Positions 27,302-32,000 of a stretch of DNA of 32,000 nucleotides are shown piece after piece. The DNA is taken from NCBI RefSeq assembly GCF_001598795.1, contig NZ_BCZP01000001.1, positions 90,001 through 122,000 on the forward strand, in the 5' to 3' direction. Every line of letters begins with the position of its first letter. Position 1 is the first letter of the stretch. The DNA comes from Delftia acidovorans NBRC 14950 (GTDB taxonomy: Bacteria; Pseudomonadota; Gammaproteobacteria; Burkholderiales; Burkholderiaceae_C). The notes below the pieces were generated by a model that did not search any database, was not told where the DNA came from, and worked only from the letters and a program-made list of their open reading frames with translations. Made by a program: the position numbers and the translations under genes.

Positions 27302-29671
27302 TCAGGCCTGTTCCGCTTTCGGCAGCACGATGCTGAAGGCGCTGCCCTGGCCGGGCGTGCTTTCTATCTCAAGCTGCCCACCATGTCGGGCGGCCACGGT
27401 GCGCACGAAAGCCAGGCCCAGGCCCACGCCGTCGAGGTGCTGGTGATGGTCCAGGCGCTCGAACGGCTGGCTCAGCCGGGCGACGGCCTTCCCATCCATG
27501 CCGGGCCCGTGGTCCCGGATGGTGATGCGGCAATGGCCTGCGTCCTGCCGCAGCAGGCATTGCACCGTGGCGGGGTTTGCCTGATCTGCGCGCGCTCCGT
27601 ATTTGATGGCGTTGCCGATCAGGTTGACGGCCGCGCGGTGGAGCATGCCCGCATCGCCCAGCACGGGGCATTCCTGTTCGGGCAGGTGGAACTCCAGCTG
27701 CACATGGGCCGCAGAGGCCTGGGCCCAGCAGCTTTCCACGGCCTGGTCCAGCACCAGGCCAAGGTCCAGCCGTTCCCGGCGCAGCGCCTGCTGCTGGGCG
27801 CGTGCCAGGTGCACGAAATCGTCGGCCAGCTGCAGGGAGGCCTGGGCATAGCCTTCGATGCGCGGCAGCAGGAGGCCGAGGTCGGGTGCCTGTACGGCGC
27901 CGCGCTGCATCTCCAGCAAGGTGATGATGGATGCCACGGGCGCACGGATGTCGTGCGAGATGAACTGCATGGCCTGGTCGCGCTGGGCCTGGGCGCTGCG
28001 CAGATCGCTGATATCGACCAGGGTGATCAGCCAGCCCGTGGTGGGCGGTGCATCGAAGGTCTGGGTCAGCAGCATCAGGCTGCGTCCCATGGGGTCGCGC
28101 CCCTCGCTGCTGGGCGGCAGGCCGTGGGTGGCAAGTGCCTCGGGCGTGAGCAAGGGCTGGCCGGCAGATGCGCCGACTGCCGTGTCCAGTGCCCGCAGAC
28201 CATCGAGCAGCCGGGGCAGGGCATCGCCGGCCCTGAGGCCATGCCCCAGGCTGCGCGCATAGGCGTGGGCTGCGGCATTGGCCAGCAGCACATGGCCCTG
28301 CCGGTCGCAGACAAAGGTGGGCGAGGGCAGCTGGCGCAGGCTTTCGCTGACGAAATGGTGCAGGGCGCGCAGTTGGCGCGAAGCCTGCTCCACGGCCGCG
28401 ATGCGCTGGTCCAGCAGATCGCCGCCCAGACGCAGCGCGGTGGGCAGGCCCTGCCCCTGCAGGTCACGCAGCTCCAGTGCCAGAAAGCGCGCGGCGGCGC
28501 GCAGGCGCAGCCAGCTCCATAGCGGATAGGCCAGGGCCAGGCCCAGCAGGCCGGCTGCAGGCGCCGTCTGCACCTGCCACAGGCGCGGTGCAAGCCCGGC
28601 CAGCGAAAGGCAGGCCAGGGCCAGCAGCGCGCAGGCCAGCATGCCGCCCGACGGGCCCAGCCAGGCCAGGGCCAGCAGGGCCAGCAGCACGGCTGCCGCA
28701 TTGAGCGCGCGGTTGAGCGTGGCCGACGCGGGATGCACATGCGAGCCCTGCAGGCTGCCGTTGAGCACATGGGCCAGCATCTCCACGCTGGAGATGGGCC
28801 GCGCGCTGGTGCCCAGCGGTGCGGTGAAGCGGCTGCCCAGGCCGGTGGCCGTCGTGCCGATGAGCACGTATTTGCCGCGGAATGCCGCTGCAGGAATGCG
28901 GCCGCGCAGCACGTCGATGTAGGAATAGGTGGTGAAGGGCGAGCGGTCCCTGGCGCCTTGCTCCGGCCTGGCCTGTGCAAAGGCAATGATCTCCTGCTGG
29001 CGGCGTTGCCAGGAGGGCGAGTCGGGGTCCATGGGCGGCACGGGCTCCGGGCGGGCGCATGCGCGGCCGTTCTCGCCCACGCAGTGCAGGGCCAGCGCCA
29101 TGTGCCACCAGGGCTGCTGCGCACTGCCTTCGATGGCATGGAAGCCGCGCACCGCGCCATCGGCGTCCACGGGCAGCTGGGTATGGCCCAGCGCCGCTGC
29201 CGCCTGTGCGAAGGCCGGCAGCGGGCCGCTGCCTGGCGCCACGGGCAAGACGGTGCGGCCGCTGCGCTGCAGAACGCGCGCCAGCAGCAGGTCGTCGCCG
29301 GGGTAGTCCAGGTCTTCCTCGCTGAGCATCACGTCCAGGCCTATGGCGCGCGGCGGTGCCTGGCTGATGCGTTCCAGCAGGCCGGCGTGCAATGCGCGAC
29401 GCCAGGGCCAGCGGCCAATGGCGTCGATGCTGGCATCGTCGATGGCGACGATGACGATGTCCTGCGATGCCTTGGGGCGGTGCAGCCAGCTGGCCGTGTC
29501 CTGGACGAAGCCGTTGATGCGGTCGAGCTGCCCGTCGCCGCTGAGCCAGAACACCAGGGACAGCAGGCCCGCCGCCAGCAGCAGCCAGTCCCGCCGCAGT
29601 CCACGGCCACGCGCAGGCGCTGGCTGCGCCGGCGTGGCGGGGCTGTCAGGCGGGGGCGGCTGGGTGGACAA
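27302..29671 (-). CDS. CHASE2-domain sensor histidine kinase (TM-CHASE2-3xTM-PAS-like-HisKA-HATPase)
   Basis: 789 aa. N-terminal TM (WLLLAAGLLSLVFWL). CHASE2-like periplasmic domain (DIVIVAIDDASIDAIGRWPWRRALHAGLLERI...GLDVMLSE...YVLIGTTATGL). Three hydrophobic helices around residues 320-390. H-box FISHDIRAPVASI, N-box LIGNAIKY, G-boxes DHGPGM / GVGLGLA. The start as drawn is TTG 29671 with no visible Shine-Dalgarno, and no ATG or GTG alternative lies before the first TM. Confidence 0.88.
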   Translation of the reverse strand: MSTQPPPPDSPATPAQPAPARGRGLRRDWLLLAAGLLSLVFWLSGDGQLDRINGFVQDTASWLHRPKASQDIVIVAIDDASIDAIGRWPWRRALHAGLLERISQAPPRAIGLDVMLSEEDLDYPGDDLLLARVLQRSGRTVLPVAPGSGPLPAFAQAAAALGHTQLPVDADGAVRGFHAIEGSAQQPWWHMALALHCVGENGRACARPEPVPPMDPDSPSWQRRQQEIIAFAQARPEQGARDRSPFTTYSYIDVLRGRIPAAAFRGKYVLIGTTATGLGSRFTAPLGTSARPISSVEMLAHVLNGSLQGSHVHPASATLNRALNAAAVLLALLALAWLGPSGGMLACALLALACLSLAGLAPRLWQVQTAPAAGLLGLALAYPLWSWLRLRAAARFLALELRDLQGQGLPTALRLGGDLLDQRIAAVEQASRQLRALHHFVSESLRQLPSPTFVCDRQGHVLLANAAAHAYARSLGHGLRAGDALPRLLDGLRALDTAVGASAGQPLLTPEALATHGLPPSSEGRDPMGRSLMLLTQTFDAPPTTGWLITLVDISDLRSAQAQRDQAMQFISHDIRAPVASIITLLEMQRGAVQAPDLGLLLPRIEGYAQASLQLADDFVHLARAQQQALRRERLDLGLVLDQAVESCWAQASAAHVQLEFHLPEQECPVLGDAGMLHRAAVNLIGNAIKYGARADQANPATVQCLLRQDAGHCRITIRDHGPGMDGKAVARLSQPFERLDHHQHLDGVGLGLAFVRTVAARHGGQLEIESTPGQGSAFSIVLPKAEQA

Positions 29672-29698
29672 GCGCGGTCAGGGAATGAACGGGCACGG

Positions 29699-31486
29699 CT
29701 ACTGGCGCTGCAGGCGCTCTCCGTTGCCCGAATGCATCATCTCGCCGCTGGCATCGACGATCCAGCTGCCGGTGCGGAACTGGCGCGCGGCCGAGAAGTC
29801 GCTGCGCAGGCCGTTGGCATCCTCGATCTGCAGGCGCAGGTAGTAGCTGCCTGCGGGCAGCTCCTCGGTGCTCCATTGCGGCTGGTCGGTCCAGAGGTCC
29901 ACCAGCGGCGCGGTGAACTCCTGGTCGCGCGCCACCATCACGTGGTAGCGCTGGCCGGGCTCGCCGCTCCAGCGGATCTGGCGGCTGCCTTCTGACGGGC
30001 CGTCACCCATCTGCAGCGCGCTGGCCGAGGGCTGGGGCGGAACGGCCGCCAGTTGCATGGCCTGGGCTGCGGCAAACGGGCCCTGGTCGGGCTGTCCATC
30101 GGCCAGCGTGCGAATGCTGGCGGCACGCCAGAGATAGCGTCCGGCCGGCAGGCGGGCCAGCGTGGTGGCGGGCAGTGTGCAGTCGTCCAGGTCGCGTGCA
30201 TCGACGGCGGGCTCGGCAAAGCCGGCCTGCGCATCGGCAGAGACGACCTGGATGCGGTAGCGCGCGGCGCCCACGACCTGGGTGCATTGCAGGCTGGCGC
30301 GGCCCAGGCCCACGGTGGCGTCGGCCTGCGGTGATTCATACAGCGGCGGCACGGGATGGGCCTTGACGCGCAGGGCGCGGCGGCTGGCGGCGCCCGGAAT
30401 GCCCTGGGCATCGATGCCGCGCAGGGACAGCACGTAATCGCCGTCCTCCACGCCCGCCAGGCGAAGCGGCGATGCCGTGGCCTGGAAACTGGCGCTGCGC
30501 AGCACCTGGGTCATGTCGGCATCGCGCGACAGCTGTAGCTGGTAGCGCACGGCGCCCGGCAAGCCGGGCAGGGGCAGGCTGATCCAGTTGGCGTCTTCCG
30601 CCAGCGCGGGCCACGCCGTGATGTCGGGCGCACCCAACATGGGGCGGGGCTCGCCTACGCGGCCATTGGCGGCCACGGCCACGCCCTGGCCCGGGCGCAG
30701 CAGCGCATCGCCAGTGTTCGCGCTTGAGGCGTCGGAGCCCACGGCGACGGTGCCTTCATCGACGGCGGCCGCCGTGCTGCCGGCGGCATCGGCCTGGACC
30801 AGGAAGCGGGTGCCGCGCACGCTGGTCGATGCAGCGGGCGTGCGGATCTCGAAGCGGCGCTGTGCGTTGCCGGGTTCGGGCGGCACCGAGGCCTCGACGC
30901 CGCCCTCGCGCAGGTCCAGTACGGACTGCAGGCTGCCGGCACGGCCCTTGCGGCGCATCTGGCGCAGCACCACATCGGACTGCGACTGCACGCGCACCAG
31001 GGAGCCATCGGCCAGGCGCACGGCGACGAATGCGTCCGGGGCCAGCTGCAGGCGCTCGCCTTCCTGCAGCGTCTGTCCCTTGCGCAGGGGCTGGCCCGCA
31101 TCGTCTCCAGCCGCGCCCTGCGTATCGGCCAGGTGGTCCAGCGGGCGCGTGCTGCGCGCATCACCCTGCACGAACTCCACGGAGGCCACGGCGGCGCGCA
31201 GCAGACGCACGGGGATCTCCAGCACGGAGCCGGGCCGCAGGCGGTAGGGATTGGACACGCCGTTGTGCTGCTGCAGATCGGTCCACTGGCGGGCATCGCC
31301 CAGGTAGCGGGCCGCCAGCTGCTCCAGCGTGTCGCCGGCGACGACCCGGTGTGCCATCGTGTCGCCGTTGCGGGCCACGGGTTTGATCTGGGCCTGCGCG
31401 CCGCCCAGGCCCAGCAGGCCGAGAGCGGCCAGCATGCAGGCCCGCGATACGGGCCTGCTCAGGGCGGCAGGCATGTGTACGGTCAT
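29699..31486 (-). CDS. Secreted LysM + FecR-domain protein with three C-terminal beta-sandwich-like repeats
   Basis: 595 aa. Signal peptide ...LGLLGLGGAQAQ. LysM-like segment HRVVAGDTLEQLAARYLGDARQWTDLQQHNGVSNPYRLRPGSVLEIP. FecR-like segment (GQTLQEGERLQLAPDAFVAVRLADGSLVRV...TSVRGTRFLV). Three repeats at about residues 296-572. Its ATG overlaps the upstream regulator stop (ATGA, 31483-31486). Confidence 0.85.
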   Translation of the reverse strand: MTVHMPAALSRPVSRACMLAALGLLGLGGAQAQIKPVARNGDTMAHRVVAGDTLEQLAARYLGDARQWTDLQQHNGVSNPYRLRPGSVLEIPVRLLRAAVASVEFVQGDARSTRPLDHLADTQGAAGDDAGQPLRKGQTLQEGERLQLAPDAFVAVRLADGSLVRVQSQSDVVLRQMRRKGRAGSLQSVLDLREGGVEASVPPEPGNAQRRFEIRTPAASTSVRGTRFLVQADAAGSTAAAVDEGTVAVGSDASSANTGDALLRPGQGVAVAANGRVGEPRPMLGAPDITAWPALAEDANWISLPLPGLPGAVRYQLQLSRDADMTQVLRSASFQATASPLRLAGVEDGDYVLSLRGIDAQGIPGAASRRALRVKAHPVPPLYESPQADATVGLGRASLQCTQVVGAARYRIQVVSADAQAGFAEPAVDARDLDDCTLPATTLARLPAGRYLWRAASIRTLADGQPDQGPFAAAQAMQLAAVPPQPSASALQMGDGPSEGSRQIRWSGEPGQRYHVMVARDQEFTAPLVDLWTDQPQWSTEELPAGSYYLRLQIEDANGLRSDFSAARQFRTGSWIVDASGEMMHSGNGERLQRQ

Positions 31487-32000
31487 GATGCCTGCTGCAG
31501 CGCCTGCAGCGCTGCGTCGGGCACATCAAGGCGATAGCCATAGCCGTACACGGCACTGATGGCGTAGGGCTGTCCGGCGCGCAGGTTCAGCAGGGCGCGC
31601 AGGCGCGAGATATGCGTGTCCAGCGAGCGCGACTGCACTTCGGCGTTGTGCCCCCACACGGCTTCGCGCAGGTGCTCGCGCGAAAGCAGCCGGCCCTGGT
31701 TCTGGAACATGGTCAGGGCCAGCGTGTACTCGCGGTGCGTCACCTCGATGGGCTGGCCGTGCATTTCCAGGCTGTTGGTGGTGGTGAGGAACCGGTAGGG
31801 ACCGAACTCCAGCACGCTTTGCGTGTTCACCGGATAGGCGCGGCGCAACAGGGCCGCCATGCGCGCGCGCAGTTCGGCATGGCGCACGGGCTTGACCATG
31901 AAGTCATCGGCGCCGCAGGACAGGCCCTCGACGATGTCGGCCTCTTCGCTGCGGTGGGTGATGATGAGGATGGGCAGCTCGCGGCTGACATGGCCACGCG
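31483..32000 (-). CDS. OmpR/PhoB-family response regulator (5' end off-window)
   Basis: The frame stays open to the window edge. Receiver-domain end ...LPILIITHRSEEADIVEGLSCGADDFMVKPVRHAELRARMAALLRR, followed by a winged-helix DNA-binding domain (LTTTNSLEMHGQPIEVTHREYTLALTMFQN...LDTHISRLRALL...GYGYRL). Confidence 0.88.
   Translation of the reverse strand, partial: RGHVSRELPILIITHRSEEADIVEGLSCGADDFMVKPVRHAELRARMAALLRRAYPVNTQSVLEFGPYRFLTTTNSLEMHGQPIEVTHREYTLALTMFQNQGRLLSREHLREAVWGHNAEVQSRSLDTHISRLRALLNLRAGQPYAISAVYGYGYRLDVPDAALQALQQAS

Noticed and set aside
29699-31486. The FecR-domain protein as a classical FecR anti-sigma factor of an iron-uptake FecIRA system.
   Set aside because: - It has a cleavable signal peptide, not a cytoplasmic anti-sigma domain plus TM.
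- No ECF sigma or TonB-dependent receptor gene is adjacent within the window.
- The flanking genes are a two-component pair.

Overview
High-GC window, roughly two-thirds G+C by eye. Gene content and order look like core chromosome of a betaproteobacterium, probably Burkholderiales/Comamonadaceae; that placement is inferred from the Bug-family binding protein, the lolB-ispE-tRNA(Gln)-prs-rplY-pth block and hrcA divergent from nadK-recN. Coding density is very high and almost every base is explained.

Layout, left to right:
- 3' end of a Bug/TctC-type binding protein.
- Minus-strand operon of a Dpp/Opp-type ABC importer (2 permeases, 2 ATPases, family-5 binding protein) ending in an amidase-signature enzyme.
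- yfhL ferredoxin.
- Minus-strand housekeeping block: TPR protein, lolB, ispE, tRNA-Gln, prs, rplY, pth.
- Plus strand: mutM, a dynamin-like GTPase, mutY.
- Minus-strand run: nadK, recN, rapZ, creB, creC, creD, and a small coupled ORF.
- hrcA.
- Two tRNAs (CAT anticodon; Arg-ACG), each with its own terminator.
- Minus-strand signalling module: OmpR-type response regulator (5' end off-window), secreted LysM+FecR-domain protein, CHASE2 sensor histidine kinase.

I found no CRISPR array, transposase, integrase, phage genes or recognisable defence or toxin system. The many long opposite-strand ORFs in the track look like high-GC artefacts.

The window therefore looks mostly ordinary. The observations most worth follow-up are:
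1. The uncharacterised RR / LysM-FecR / CHASE2-kinase module.
2. The dynamin-like GTPase sitting between the two GO-repair glycosylases and apparently translationally coupled to a mutY that lacks an ATG start.
3. An exact E. coli-type cre-tag (TTCAC-N6-TTCAC) upstream of creD, plus an 80-codon ORF coupled by ATGA overlap to the creD stop.
4. A sharp low-GC, rare-codon trough at the 3' end of ispE, next to tRNA-Gln.

All functional calls rest on motif and family recognition by eye. No searches were run.
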